Counted from the stretch's first letter, positions 45,580 through 60,166 are shown. The stretch: 64,000 nucleotides of DNA from Eledone cirrhosa (GCA_964016885.1 OZ024740.1:117304001-117368000), one strand, 5' to 3'. Notes: generated by a model from the sequence alone, not told the origin. Numbers and translations are program-made.

Positions 45580-46149
45580 TTTACTGGGAAGAAAACTGAA
45601 GAAGAAAGTGGAAGAAAGTGAAAGACAGGGAGAGGTGGGTGAGAAACAGAGGGAAACAGCGAGAAAGCAGTGCACTAGAAGTAATTAAAATTACTCAAAA
45701 GCACTACTCTGGTGGAATCTGATACGAATGTACTCCTACTAGTTTTTTTTTTGTGTGTGTGTGTGTGTGTGTTGGTCTTCTTGTTAATATGTGCGATAGG
45801 ATTGACTGAGACTGTGCAGATCTACTTGGTTTTCAGATGTTTACATACACACTCATATATTATATGTGTATGCTATATTTTTTTACTATGTTGAAATGCT
45901 AGAAATAGACACTGACATATATAGAGAGAGAGACGAAAGTGAGAAAAAGATAGAAGATATAGAGAGGGAATGAACTGAGAGACAGAGAGGAAGCTGTTGG
46001 CAGAAGAAAGTTGTTTATAAAGTTTTGGGGAAGTAATGTTTTAGGACAAATGTAATAAGACAAATTAATGAGGAAAAACAAATAAGCACTAGATGCTGGT
46101 GGTTGGAGAATGAAAGTAATTGTTTGTTTTTGTCTCTGATTGTGTGTAC

Positions 46150-46219
<70 letters not shown>

Positions 46220-47076
46220 AAAATAAAAGTAACGAGAAAGTGAATGTTGTGTGACGAAAATATTTAGGATGCAGGATGTATGGAATTATTAATAGGGAAG
46301 CCACAACAGAAAATGACTTACAATTGTTGGATGTATTAACAAAGCTGTCCCATCGTTAATTTTAAGATTTTCCATGTTTTATATTAGGTTCCTGCATATT
46401 TACTCTCATTTAAAATGTTCGGTTGCGCAGTTATATACGTGCATACCGTATGCGATTATTATGGGTGCGTTCGGCTATGAGTTGTGATATAGATCTATGT
46501 GTATTATGTATGTGTACATATATACTGATTATTTATATGTAATATCTATATATATACTCATAAACACTTTGAATAATATGAAATTTTAAAAAGACCACGT
46601 TGCGTTTGAAATAAATACATTAATAAATATATAAAACTCACGAAGGACAACCACACTGTAATGTTGTCAAACTAATATGGTTATAATGGCTTCGAGAGAG
46701 CTACGTCGGAAACGCCTGACACAACAGCTGGTCGCACCAGAAGTGTTGTGAGGGTGAACTCTGCAAAGCAGGAGAAAAAAGAAAGAAAGAGAGCGAGAAG
46801 AAACAAAACAAGAAATCTGTGTAGGTGGGTTGGTGGAAGAGTAAGCCAACGAGTGGTAAGAAAGACAGCAGAAGTGGTAGTGGGGCTGGAGGTGGAAGGA
46901 ACTAGAAGAGGGATGGAAGGAGAGATGTAGAGGAAAACATGAAGCTGTGTCAGAATGAAAACAAACAAAAAGTGAAATAAGTATAGAAGAATAAAACAAT
47001 TAAAACAAAAATACTAATACGTTTGTTGTCATAACTTTATACATACATATATATATATGTATGTATATATATATAT

Positions 47077-47116
<40 letters not shown>

Positions 47117-47253
47117 CGTATATATATATATAGAGAGAGAGAGAAACTACTGCTGAGACTGGGGAGTACTCAATGAATGAGAAGATACGTAGTGGGTACA
47201 GAGGAAGGTATAAAGCCGACCGCGACGTCAAGCTGAAACCGCTTGACAATTTG

Positions 47254-47319
<66 letters not shown>

Positions 47320-47335
47320 CAAATTTAATATAGAA

Positions 47336-47391
47336 ATGGCTTCTACATGACTAGAACTGTTTCATTCGAAGGACATCATCAGGAAAGCCAT
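47336..47391 (-). ncRNA. Hammerhead motif, same family as 29079
   Basis: AUGGCUUUC-CUGAUGA-UGUCCUUCGAAU-GAA-ACAG-uucuaguc-AUGU-A-GAAGCCAU. Stem I covaries with the 29079 copy (AGC/GCU becomes GGC/GCC). Confidence 0.65.
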
Positions 47392-47426
47392 AAGTACCTT
47401 ACTAACTGTGGATTGAACACAGGACT

Positions 47427-47486
<60 letters not shown>

Positions 47487-48066
47487 AGATTATTACTTGA
47501 TTTTCTGCAAAATCACAAGGAGAATATTCTATCCACGTTATACATGATTACTACCTTCGGCAAGATTAAAGACAAAGTCGAAAAGTCGACCTCCGTGTGA
47601 TTTCATTATAAAGGGACGCAACTAGTGCAACACATTTTCTACAACACTCTACCGATTCTGCCAATACATCTCCCTGGTTATTATACATTTATTTGTAAAA
47701 ATGAAAACAATAATTTCTAAAAAGTTATACTTGGGTTATATAATCAACATAAAATGATTATTAATTATTTGTATATATAAAAGAATAGATAAACACAGCG
47801 AACTAGATATTGAATTTAACTTAGTTCGCTGCTCTACATTTTATGTTAAGATGCTGCACTCGGGAGGGGGTAGGGTGTAGAGTAGAGTTAATGAGATCGG
47901 GCGCAATAGTCAACTGGTATTTATTATATTTCTCATTGGGAAGGATGAAAAGCAAGGGCTAAACTGGCACGACATAAACAAACCTTTTTAAATCGTAACA
48001 ATCATACACACACAACACACACATGCATATATAATATATATATATATATGTGCATATGTGCGTGTA

Positions 48067-48183
<117 letters not shown>

Positions 48184-48624
48184 AATATTCATAATTTTAT
48201 GAAATTTCTCTAACATCCGTGTGCCTGAACACACGCACAAACACAAACATACGTGCGCACGCGCACATCACCACAAACTTTTGACAAGGATGGGGAAATA
48301 ATGAGTTTTGACTGGTTTTAGAAGCAAAATTTGGAAAAAATAACAAAAAATTACAGGAAAGGGGTAGGCAGATGAGGGTGGAAAAAGTGGAACCGAAGAA
48401 GGGGAGTGGGAAGGGGAGATGATTTAGAGCAGAACATTACCTTGTTTCTCCTACTCACACTTTCCTTCCACCCTCTACTCTCTCTATCTATATCTCTCTC
48501 TATCCATCCTCAACCTCTTTACCTCTCCCCCTCATTCCTCTTTTACTTTATTTCCTTCTGGCTCTATATTCTTTTCCTATCCCTCCTTCACTCATCGACT
48601 TTCTTTTTTCTTTCCTCGTCTTCC

Positions 48625-48770
48625 CCCTCCCCTCCTCCTCCCCCTCCTCCTCCTCCTCCTCCTCATTCTTCTTCTTCTTTTTCTTCTTCTTCTTCTTCTT
48701 CTTCTTCTTCTTCTTCTTCTTCTTCTTCTTCTTCTTCTTCTTCTTCTTCTTCTTCTTCTCCTCCTCCTCC
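48625..48770. repeat. (CCT)n-(CTT)n-(CCT)n pyrimidine tract
   Basis: Directly visible; source of the spurious poly-S and poly-R ORFs. Confidence 0.97.
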
Positions 48771-49586
48771 CCATCTGGTTAATACGACAGAAAGTTACGG
48801 TTGAAACAAATAATAGAACACAAGTCTTTGATGACAAGTTCTTGTCATCAAAGACTTTTGTTTATGCATACACGCATACACATATATACATAGATACATA
48901 CATATACACACAGATAAAATGTTCTTTTGCCCAGTGTCTGATCCATACAGGCCATGGGGGGGGGGGGGGGTCTTTGACTTGAAGGGGTGAATAGAATGGA
49001 TGGGGGAGTTATTGTGGTGGTGGTATTGGTCGTGGTGGGGAGTTGTAATGGTAATGGTAATAGCGGTGGTGGTGATGCTGAAAATAGTGCTGTTGCTGTC
49101 AATAATGATGTTAGTGCTGGTTGTGGTGGTACTGGTGGCGGTGATAGTGCTTGTGTTGGTGTTAATGGAAGGTAGGGGCTGATAATAGTGGTGGGGTTAG
49201 TTTATAATGAACTGATAATGTTTATTCAACGATTGTGCCAACAGAGTGCCCAAGGCGAATAAGAGCAACTATATTTTTCTTTTCATTTGCTTTCCAGCAT
49301 TCATTTTCATCTGCTAGCGCACAAAAATACGCAAACGCACGCTCGCACACACCCACCCACCCCCACACACACACACAGACACACACACAGACACACATAT
49401 ACACAGACACACACACACACACCGTCACACATACAAGCATGCTTATATATATATATATTAGTACAGATTAATACATATATATATACATATATATACATAT
49501 ATATATATATAAGTACAGATTAATATATTAAGCAAAGAATTCCTGTATTCACCCTAAGCGGGGATCATCTAAAATATTTGCCCTGC

Positions 49587-49642
<56 letters not shown>

Positions 49643-50090
49643 TTATTCGTCCTTCGTTTTCGAAGATGGCTAATATGCTTAGACAACAATAGCAGTTCTT
49701 CAGAAACGTTTGCTATGGACCGTGTAGCCGCGAGTGTGACAGGATGTCACTATTGCATAGCCTATATGAAACACTCCGTGTGCTCTCGCGAATAAAATAA
49801 CTACAGAAGCACCGGTATCTCATTTTCGTAGCTGTGCGTGATACCACGAATGCCTCATAAAAACCTCCGGTCATTTGTTAATTGTAAGATTTACAAGTCT
49901 TATCTTTCGCTGGACTTGATTTATAATCATAGAAGGATGTTCCTGGTGACCAGTCTCACTCTCTCATCACTTTGACATTCTGTACTAGTTGCAAATCAAA
50001 CCGAGATAATTGTAAGGATACATGTTACATAGTGGAATTATCAAGGTGATTTGCATGTCTTCCATTGCTCAGCGAAGTAGATGTATATCG

Positions 50091-50143
50091 TCGTGTGAAG
50101 CTTTCCCTCGTGTGAAGCTTTCCCTCGTGTGAAGCTTTCCCTC
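50091..50143. repeat. Three tandem copies of a 17-bp unit tcgtgtgaagctttccc
   Basis: Directly visible. Confidence 0.9.
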
Positions 50144-50837
50144 AAAACATGAATATTCACGAGCAGAGGATGCCAAATCTTTGGAATATTTCATCAGGAG
50201 TTTAAAACTCGATGACGACTCTTAATGCATGTTGCTCCGGGGGTAATACACTGCCGCATTCGGACAAGTCATGGTGAGAGATGGGTGATACATGGAGAAT
50301 AAAGGCAGACGAGCTTTGCTGAAAAGGAATTGGCCAAATTCCTTGTTCCATCCTCCCCCCCCACACACATATAATGTTGAACAATAAAATGCTAAGACAA
50401 GGTGTAGCGAGTAAATAATAATCTATTGTGTTTTTATTGTTTCGGAGGGGGAAAATCGATGTTCAAATAAATTAATTGTAGTTATTAGCTATGCATATGC
50501 ATATCCATGGAACTGGCTAACCTATTGATTGGTCTGCTCATCGATGAATTTGTAGCCCTCTGAAAGGATAATAAAACAATGGATTAATTAACTACTGCAC
50601 GCTGTCTTATTTTTCTATATTGCTCAAAGTTATAGTTGACACTGTAGTTTTGGAAAACTTCCACAAAAGTAAATTTGACTTTGCTTCAATGGGAATGTCT
50701 CATCAACACTACATTGAATTCTAAAATGCTTATTATATGTTCTGCCTTAATTAAGTAGAACATTAATGAGTACACACACACACACACGCGTACGCATCTA
50801 TCTATCTATCAGAATCTCTCTCTCTCTCTCTTTCTCT

Positions 50838-50915
<78 letters not shown>

Positions 50916-51727
50916 ATACACATATATATATATTTGTGTGTGTGTGTGTGTGTGTATAACTCCTTAACCATACAGTCAATCTTGCGCTTGCATACATACA
51001 TATATATACATACATACATATATAGAAACACAGCATGGCAAAATGCGTAAATATTTAAAAGGTGTGTGTTTAAAACGAAAGGCAAAAAGAAATGAAAAGG
51101 ATCTCTTTGTGGACAAAATATATGCATAAAAATCATGAGCATTGTGTGTTCAGTGGAAACATTTACACCGAAGAGAAGGAACAGGGGGATTTGACGTTTC
51201 GGCTTAAATTCTTTATCAAAGTAAGGTATGGAAAGTAAAGTAAGTGTTGGAACGATACGAAGTTGGGCAACAGACATACACACACATACACATACACATA
51301 CACATACGTGCATGCAATTTTCAATAACTTTTTATCAGTACTTGTTAGAATACACATCAACAAAGGAGAATATGGCAAGTGATATTATCAGTATGATAAT
51401 AAGTTAACGATAGAGATATCAATTGAAAAAGAAAGAAAACAAACATTTGAAATAATTTTTGCTTTTATCCTCGGTAGGTAGGGATTTTTGAAGTCAGTAT
51501 TGAAATAACACAACCAAGCATCCTACCGCCATCTTATGATTTACAGAATGCCTGTCATTGGTGTGTTGTGTATGTGTAGAGAGGGGCGTGTACGAGTGCG
51601 CGTGTATGAGGTTATGCATAAATACATTTATAAAAGTATAAATATATATATGTATGTATTAATCCGTTATATATACACACACATATAATGAGTATGTAAA
51701 TATTTGGACTTATATGTATGTGCGAGA

Positions 51728-51829
<102 letters not shown>

Positions 51830-52157
51830 AGAGAAAGAGAGAGGGGTGAGAGTGAGAGTGAAAGAGAGATTTACCGTTGTGCGTACATGTACATATAATT
51901 ATTTATTGCCGTTTCCATGACTAAGTTATAGACCATTTAAATATACAAATAAAATCGCAAAACTGAAGTCCCCCCCCCCCCCCCCCTCCACATACACAAA
52001 CAAACACAGTTACACATAACCATGCAGTGGTAAAGCCGGGAGGTCCTTGTTATTACAGCGCATGCAAATATGTACATAACTGTATATTAGACCTATATTC
52101 AGATCTGCACAAATATACACACACATACGTACATTCACACACACACACACACACACC

Positions 52158-52193
<36 letters not shown>

Positions 52194-53353
52194 CATACAA
52201 TCACTTATCGTTATATCATACTGTGCTGATTGCAAGTTTTCCTTCACATGGATGCCTTTGCGTGTGGTAAAAAGTCTGATGCATAGAGACTCACTTTGAT
52301 AAACTTGTTTTCTTGGTGAATGCAGAGGTTCTGGGTGTGACAAGATGGGTTCTGTAATCAATAGATTCTATAAATTGGGTGGGTAGAGGTTTCAATTCCA
52401 TATTTTTTTATACTTCTCTTTACAGATTAGCTACTTTCAAAGTCTTGATAGTAGCTAATCTGTATATATATTGCTGATTGGATTGTCAGGATAAAAAGGG
52501 GTTTCTTGTTGATTTATAGGGAGTCGCCATTTTCATTTCAGGTCACATTGGAATCCTCTGTGAAATATACACACAATTCTAAATGCAATGCTAGGCAAAG
52601 AAATACCTTCTACGTAGTCACTATGTCTGCTAGAAGTAACTGGCTAATCTTCTTCAAAGCACATCCCAGCGTTAAAAAAATAGGAAGAACACATGATAAA
52701 TGTACTCCTAGATACACTCTGTCTGAACAAAGATGGGGTGGTTGTGTTAGAATGAATTAGTATATAGTTCTACTCGATCAGGTTGGTCTGGGGTTAAAGA
52801 CCTTCAGCCAACACATAATCTCTTCGAACCAACAAAATAAACCTTATTCATTTACTCATTCTGCTAAAGATAGCAACTATACATCCCTTGAATCATGTAT
52901 TTTATCCTATTGGGTAATGTAATACACTCTATCTGATAAACAATCGAGGTGGCTTCGGCTAGAAAGCCTTTCGTGAACGGATCCCTAGTCAAAACGTTAC
53001 GGTTCATTTCATTTCATAGCAAAGAACATATTTTATCATGCGAATTTTATTAAACATTTTTCAATACTACATCAAAATAAACTATTTAATGGTGACCATG
53101 GCAGGCGAAGGTCAGCAGAAAATAACATTAAGGTGACGTGTAGTGAAGTGATACAAATTCTTTTCTTAGAGACAAGAATTAACATTTGTTGGTAAAGGGG
53201 AAGGGGAAGACTGAGAAATATTTACTAAAAAGGCACGCAAATTGACAGAGAGATAGATAGACAGGACGATAGATAGTTAAACATACAAAACAATAGTATA
53301 ATTTACACTGCACGGAATAAGGTTATTAAAGTTGTTAATATCTCCCTCTTTAA

Positions 53354-53649
53354 CCCTTTAACATTTACATTACTCTACTATTATATTTTCATGGTAAAGG
53401 CTTTATCTCACATAATTGTCTCACATAATATAGAATCCTTGAGACTTTGATGATATCATTATTTGGGGTCAATTAAATAAAGTACCAGTAATGCACTGGG
53501 TATTTGCTGGCCTTGTGCCTAAAGTAGAAACAATTATTTATTCTAAGAACAATATCTTAATGTCTGTATGAGTGGCCGGTTACGGTCAGTTTGAACAGAA
53601 AGAAGTGAGAGAATTCTGGCCGGATATGGCGGGTTTAAATGATAAAGGG
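53354..53649. mobile_element. piggyBac-like MITE containing a SINE fragment
   Basis: TTAA|CCCTTTAACATTTA ... TAAATGATAAAGGG|TTAA (13/14 TIR match, TTAA on both sides). SINE tail at about 53465-53537. Confidence 0.75.
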
Positions 53650-53654
53650 TTAAA

Positions 53655-53788
53655 GCGGGCATAAGCAAACCTTTTCGAGCAGTGGGTCGCACTACTAAAA
53701 ATTTCAAGGCAACTTTGAAATTAGGCGTGCCATTCAGAAAGCTAAACGGGTTGCAGGCGTCTCGAGGACCGCACTTTGCCCATGACTG
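53655..53788. mobile_element. Degenerate hAT-like MITE
   Basis: Ends gcataagcaaa ... tttgcccatgactg with internal gggtcgcac and ggaccgcac motifs. Confidence 0.45.
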
Positions 53789-54499
53789 GTTTAACGGCTA
53801 GTCCGTCTCATGGTCCCAGTGGATAGAATGGAAAAGACGTTGCAACCGAGGACAGTGAGGGAGACGCGTTGGAATAGCCTCTCCAACTAATGAAGTTCAC
53901 TCTTGTGGGTAACCAACACCGTCCTGTTAGCAGTGAGTAGGGATGCAGTCTGGGGGTGACGAACACTGGATGTTTTCACTGCTACATGCTCGACCACAAG
54001 CTTATCAGAGAACGACCAATACTACGACAGTTTGCCCTCTACGGTCTGACGAGCAGCGATGTCGTGGCTAGTCACCGAAGCATTGTAGCATGACAAGTCA
54101 CTAACTGGCAGTAGAATAGTGAGATGGTAAGAAAGGTAAATATCAAAACAACAAAATAAGGAAAGAAATACGACTTTCGAAACTCAGGATTAGGTATACA
54201 GGTATTGGTGCTTACTGTTTATTTAGGTGCATTGTAGTAAACTAGCTCTTACAACACCCCAGAGATGAGCATGCTGCATTTGGTATCTAAATGTTGTTTG
54301 CTAGGTACAATGACGCCACCATGAATAGTACAATACCTAAAAGTGCTAGCTGATAATTCAATACTGTGCAACATAATACATTTATGTTACAAGAGAAAAT
54401 AATGCGATGCAATACAATACAATAACAATAATACAGTTGGAATGAAAAAAGAATTCTTACTGCATGAGCTGTACAAATGTAACAAGTATTTCTTAATAT

Positions 54500-55850
54500 A
54501 TATTCCTGTTTTCGTGCGTCGATTAGAGTCTATAGACAGTAAATTGTACAATTTCCGACGTTATAACTTCCTCCTAACGTGCTTACCAGTATTGGTGCTA
54601 CCAAGAAATATCACGTTCTTTTAAAATTAACACCGTAGCATGGTCTCACTCCTGTTATTTATGTAACCAGCTTACCAAACCAAGCACAGGTGTAACCAGT
54701 CAAACCATTCAGCCATTATTTTTAGGATTTGGTTTTCGTTATTGACTGTGATATTTTTCTCGCATGTTTCTATCATATCCACGTTGAAAGGTTATCTCCT
54801 CTCGGGAGTTCATCCACTCTGCCCTGCTTTTTCTTATAAGTCCAATGTCAGGGAGGTAGGATATTGTGGATCTGTCAATATTCTATGACATCCCACGTCC
54901 ACTGGAAATAATGTTCACTGGGATTATTGATTCCCACACAACAGTTTACGTCTCTTGTTTTGATTCACTTTATTTCATGTGCTCATGCTATATTGCTTCT
55001 GAATGTGCCGCCAACTCAACAATCAGTTTAATTTCAAGTCTTAACCATATCTTTCGTCAAACTTCCCTGCATCTTCCAATCTTTAACACTATGCGGAAGC
55101 CTTGGGAATCGAACTTTCTTTTGCCAGCTTCTTACAGCGTCCCTACTTATCTTAAACGTGGAAAATAACCGGCTGCTGCTTGGTACAGATTCACATCTCT
55201 TTGGTCATCCTGGGATATTACAGTGATGTTTAAATGCATTAGGAACATTCTACGAGTCGTGGTTAGCATGCTACTAGAATATGTTGTAGCAATGAGTATG
55301 CTTCACACCGATGGCAATTAGTCGTGTTCCTCGTGTTTACGTTTAGTCGGTGATGGACGCACTTCATGTGCTAATTTCGGGTGGAAGCACAACCCGACTG
55401 GCTCCATTAGTTAAAACGGGCTCTAAGATAAGTTTCATTGATTCACTTTCTAACTCTATTGCTATTGTCGTAAACTTTTTACCTTCAATAAGGTCAATTT
55501 CTTCAATCCCCTACTGTTTTTATACACACATTTAATTTGTACCCGTTTTAGACGAGCCAGTGTATTTAGTGCATTTCCGTTTACCTTATTCATTTTTAGG
55601 TTCCGCTCTGTCAGATTAATAACTTTTTTTCACATTGGTTTCTTTATGCCAACATCATTAGCTTGTGTGCGGTTCAAATAATCCAGTACCAACCTGTAAC
55701 AACAGCTGATTGTTAATACAAACTCCTCAACCAACAATATTAAAAACGGAGATTTTCGGAAGCACTGTGCAGACCATTTTCCGTGAAGTATGGTGGGGTC
55801 AGACCAAATTTCATAGAAACAAGTTTGTGCACTATTTCATTCTCTCCATC
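54500..55850 (-). pseudogene. Highly decayed LINE-like ORF remnant
   Basis: Microsatellite-free, coding-like composition; only scattered motif echoes (IFLGS, LILEPVL); many stops. Confidence 0.35.
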
Positions 55851-56699
55851 GTTGTTCACGATATTTCAAATATGTTTAGCTTGTATATTCAAAATTAGGA
55901 ATTATCAACAATCAACTTACCTAAACTTCCACAGACCTGCACACTGGCACCTGCTTCTGTTTCAAACCGGATTTCGTTACACATGCACATGCGCGTAAAT
56001 AAATTATATATATATATCACCCCACATCTTTCCTCTTCCGATCACCGCTTCATGGATTACCCACACGCAGAATTTGACTTACAACCAATCCACTAAACAT
56101 CCTTGGAACTTACCAACTTTTCAACCATCCTCTTACGTAATCACCTATATAACTCACCCACACACACACCCCCCAAAAAAATGTTTCTCCACACGCCACC
56201 CACACCCACAACACGCTTAAACCCCACACACACGTGCTTCCCACCACATATTTACACCCTCAGCCTCCTGATTCCTCTCCCCCCACCCCCTATCCACACA
56301 CGCACAGACACTCCGACCCACAAAAACACCCCCCACACACACCTCTTCCTGAACATGCAACCCCGTTCTTCCCCCAACCCTTACTTTCACATACACACAC
56401 ACACACACACACGCACACCTACACACACACACCACCTTCAGCCCTCCCCGCTCGGACACCCCTTCTCCCTCTCTCCACTCCACCCGCCACCACGCCTACT
56501 CACCCCACACCTTCCACCACCTGTTTACCCCCCTTTTAATTTCAGTTTATTTTGATCATGCCTTTATTTTTAAATTTTCTCATTCCTTGTATTTTGATCA
56601 TGCTTTATTTTTTATCTTTATCTTTATTTGTTTTTTTCATTCGCACCGTTTCCTTTCGCTATATGTCTCTCCACCACTCCCCTACACACCTTTTGAACT

Positions 56700-56850
56700 C
56701 TGTTCCCACACACTTCTCACCTGAGGAATGACTTATGCCCGAAACGTCGTCCCCCACCTACCCCCCACTCTCCTGAGCGTGAAATTAATAAACATTTATT
56801 GTACTGCCTCTCTGTTTTGTCCCTGTTCACATTTTTCCATTATATATATA
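56700..56850 (+). mobile_element. Penelope-like 3' terminus remnant: degenerate HHR, AATAAA, pyrimidine-rich tail, TA repeat
   Basis: CTGAGGA-atgacttatgccc-GAAACGTC at 56721-56748, then aataaa at about 56787. Confidence 0.5.
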
Positions 56851-56857
56851 TATATGT

Positions 56858-57477
56858 AACGAAGGAAATGTGGTAAGGAACCAGGTGGACCATAACGCAC
56901 CAAAGTACTCAATACTTGAGGTAGTAGAGTGGGTAATAGGAACCAGTAGGACCCCGAGAGCTGAGCTCAAGCCGTTTCGACGGCTAATTCTGGACTAAAT
57001 GAAAATTTATCCTGGTATTTAAATAGCCGATCTTCTCAAGGGGTAATTCCATATATGGTCAAAGTGATTGTCAAAAATCAGTAGTAATTCTGTGGTTGCA
57101 AATTAGTAGGGGAGAAGGTGGCTAAACCTGCCAGTAGGAGAAAGAGGGGAGGGGGTGGAGTAGACCCAATCAAGCGTTGGTAGTGCCAGCTACAGCTGGG
57201 CATGAGGTCAAAGAAGATACAGGGGAGGGGGAGGGGGAGGAAGTCGGAACGGTAGGTAGAACAATGGGGGGTAGAAATATATAGAAAAGCAAATAAGTGT
57301 CCCCTACTAATTTGCAACCACAGAATTACTACTGATTTTTGACAATCACTTTGACCATATATGGAATTACCCCTTGAGAAGATCGGCTATTTAAATACCA
57401 GGATAAATTTTCATTTAGTCCAGAATTAGCCGTCGAAACGGCTTGAGCTCAGCTGTCGGGGTCCTACTGGTTCCTAT
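56858..57477. mobile_element. TA-flanked fold-back element (arms about 175 bp, 56936-57113 and 57299-57477; purine-rich spacer about 185 bp) with outward-facing HHRs
   Basis: Arms are almost perfectly complementary. The terminal segment aacgaaggaaatgtggtaaggaacc...gggtaataggaa recurs at 19284, 19768, 27821, 31405-31470 (reverse) and 62370-62456 (reverse). Confidence 0.9.
57369..57462 (+). ncRNA. Type I hammerhead motif with U3-A8 core (UUGAGAA)
   Basis: ACCCC-UUGAGAA-GA(U)CGGCUA...UAGCCGUC-GAA-ACGGC-uugagcuca-GCUGU-C-GGGGU. GUC triplet, predicted cut after 57457. Mirror copy at 56951-57044 on the minus strand. Confidence 0.7.
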
Positions 57478-57616
57478 ATATATATGTATATATATATATA
57501 TAATATATAACAGCTTATCCTACCGTGCAAAATATATTTTGTTTCTGTTTTTGATTCTATCACACCGATTGTTGTGTCATCTACAAAGTGTAATGGCGAA
57601 AACTCAAAGTGAGTGG

Positions 57617-57650
<34 letters not shown>

Positions 57651-58346
57651 AATGTCTTTGTATTACTTGCTTCAGTCGATAATCAGGGCAACGGCCATGC
57701 TGGGAACTCGATTGATTTAGTCGATGTTATTAACCCCAGCATTTTAGTTTGGCCGAACCGTTAAGTTACGGAAATCAGACGCACACACGTAAACAAAGAC
57801 TCATACAACACACACATACACGTCAACATAGATACAGAAAGACATACACGCATATATTTATAGATGGACAAATAAGTATCCAAAATAACCAGACAGACAG
57901 AGAGATAAATAGATAACTCAAACAAACTCCATTATAAACATACACATATATATATATACATATATATTTATGTGTGTGGCCGAGAGATACAAACATCTAG
58001 ATACAGAGGCGAAGAAGGTAAAAAAAGGGAACAGGCAAGATATACAACATTTGTACTAGAGAAATCCCCAAATCACATTACTCAACCATCACGGAATAAT
58101 GTGAATGGGAAACAGTAGTTATACGTTTCCTGTTTAGCTTTGTGGTTGTTGTTGGTGCTGTTCGTGTCGCCATCATTACTACTTTAATTCTTTTCTAATT
58201 GAAATGTGACTCAGTAAGGCACATACTATCTGCATGACACACACACATACAAATGCGTGCGCATGCACGCACGAACGCACGAACGCACGATCGCACATAC
58301 ATCTCATACACATATATGCATAGACGTGTGTATACATACATACATG

Positions 58347-58380
<34 letters not shown>

Positions 58381-58465
58381 TATATATGCAAATATATATA
58401 TATATATATATATACATATATATATACACACACATATATATACACACACATATATATATATATAA

Positions 58466-58568
<103 letters not shown>

Positions 58569-58634
58569 TATAGATATATATACATATATATATACATATA
58601 TATATACATATATTTGGCTCACATTTATATATAC

Positions 58635-58665
<31 letters not shown>

Positions 58666-58667
58666 CG

Positions 58668-58877
<210 letters not shown>

Positions 58878-59100
58878 TACATATATATACGCACACATAT
58901 TATTATTATTATTTCTAAGTATTCAATTTCACGTCTCAGTAAGTCTGGTATAAAGTAATTAAAAAAAATGTGAGCCAAAATAGTATAAACAGAAAATATA
59001 GCAGAGATGTGTCTAAGTTTACTTTACACACCAATATTGCTAATTAACAGATGCAAGATTTAATAGGTTTCTTTTTCTTATATACACTTATATATATACA

Positions 59101-59162
<62 letters not shown>

Positions 59163-59221
59163 TGTATATATATATATATATATATACATATATACATATA
59201 TATATGTATATATATATATAC

Positions 59222-59268
<47 letters not shown>

Positions 59269-59284
59269 AATATATGTGTATATG

Positions 59285-59354
<70 letters not shown>

Positions 59355-59355
59355 T

Positions 59356-60035
59356 ACGAAGAAATACCTATGTTGGCTAGTAGACCACTGATGACGGATA
59401 GTCCTGACTTCTATTTCTAATTCTTCAGTTTTATATACATCCTATATGCAACAACACAGCTCGCCATTTTTCATTCATTATATACTTTCCCCTTCGCTGT
59501 GACCTGTCTTTTTCTCTTCCCTCACTGCTATCCTCTTTCTCTCTCCTTCTCCCCCTTACTTTCACTCACCCCCTCTGCTAGTCACCCTCTCTCGGCTAGC
59601 CTCTTCCTCACACTTTCACTCACTCACTCTCTGCTACTCACCCTCTCTCTCCCTTCCTCCATCGTCCCACACCGTACGAAATTCTTTCCTCGCTCACATT
59701 CACACGGCCAAGATGTGTATTTCGTCTTCTCGTCAATATTCGCACGTTCTTATGTTCAAAATGAATTATTGACTTGATTTTCTCATTTTTTCCTCTCTTA
59801 ACGTTGCCTCACCATTCGTGTTTGTTTACCTGTTTCTCTTTCTCCACCCAACTCTTTTTATCCCAATAACTTATTTTAGTTATTGCATCGCCCTAGCCTG
59901 GGGTATATGGGCTGTAATGCGAAGAAATACCTATGATGGCTAGTAGACCATTGATGACGGATAGTCCTGGCTTCTATTTCTAATTCTTCATTTTTATATG
60001 TATCCTATTTGCAATAACACAGCTCGCCATTTTTC

Positions 60036-60040
<5 letters not shown>
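59356..60040 (+). mobile_element. Family B: partial 3' unit followed by a full unit (partial-tandem, pseudo-LTR-like arrangement)
   Basis: cgaagaaatacctatg.tggctagtagacca.tgatgacggatagtcctg...acacagctcgccatttttcatt is repeated at about 59357-59476 and 59920-60038. Confidence 0.8.
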
Positions 60041-60132
<92 letters not shown>

Positions 60133-60133
60133 A

Positions 60134-60166
<33 letters not shown>

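Noticed and set aside
48406-48837. Poly-P/poly-S and poly-R ORFs
   Set aside because: They come from the (CCT)n/(CTT)n microsatellite.
49650-49710. Hammerhead on the minus strand (CUGAAGA...GAAA)
   Set aside because: No credible stem III or cleavage triplet; it looks like a short inverted repeat.
55920-56000. Penelope GIY-YIG or Cys-motif remnant upstream of the 56721 HHR
   Set aside because: The similarity is too faint and no open frame or GIY/YIG motif is visible.
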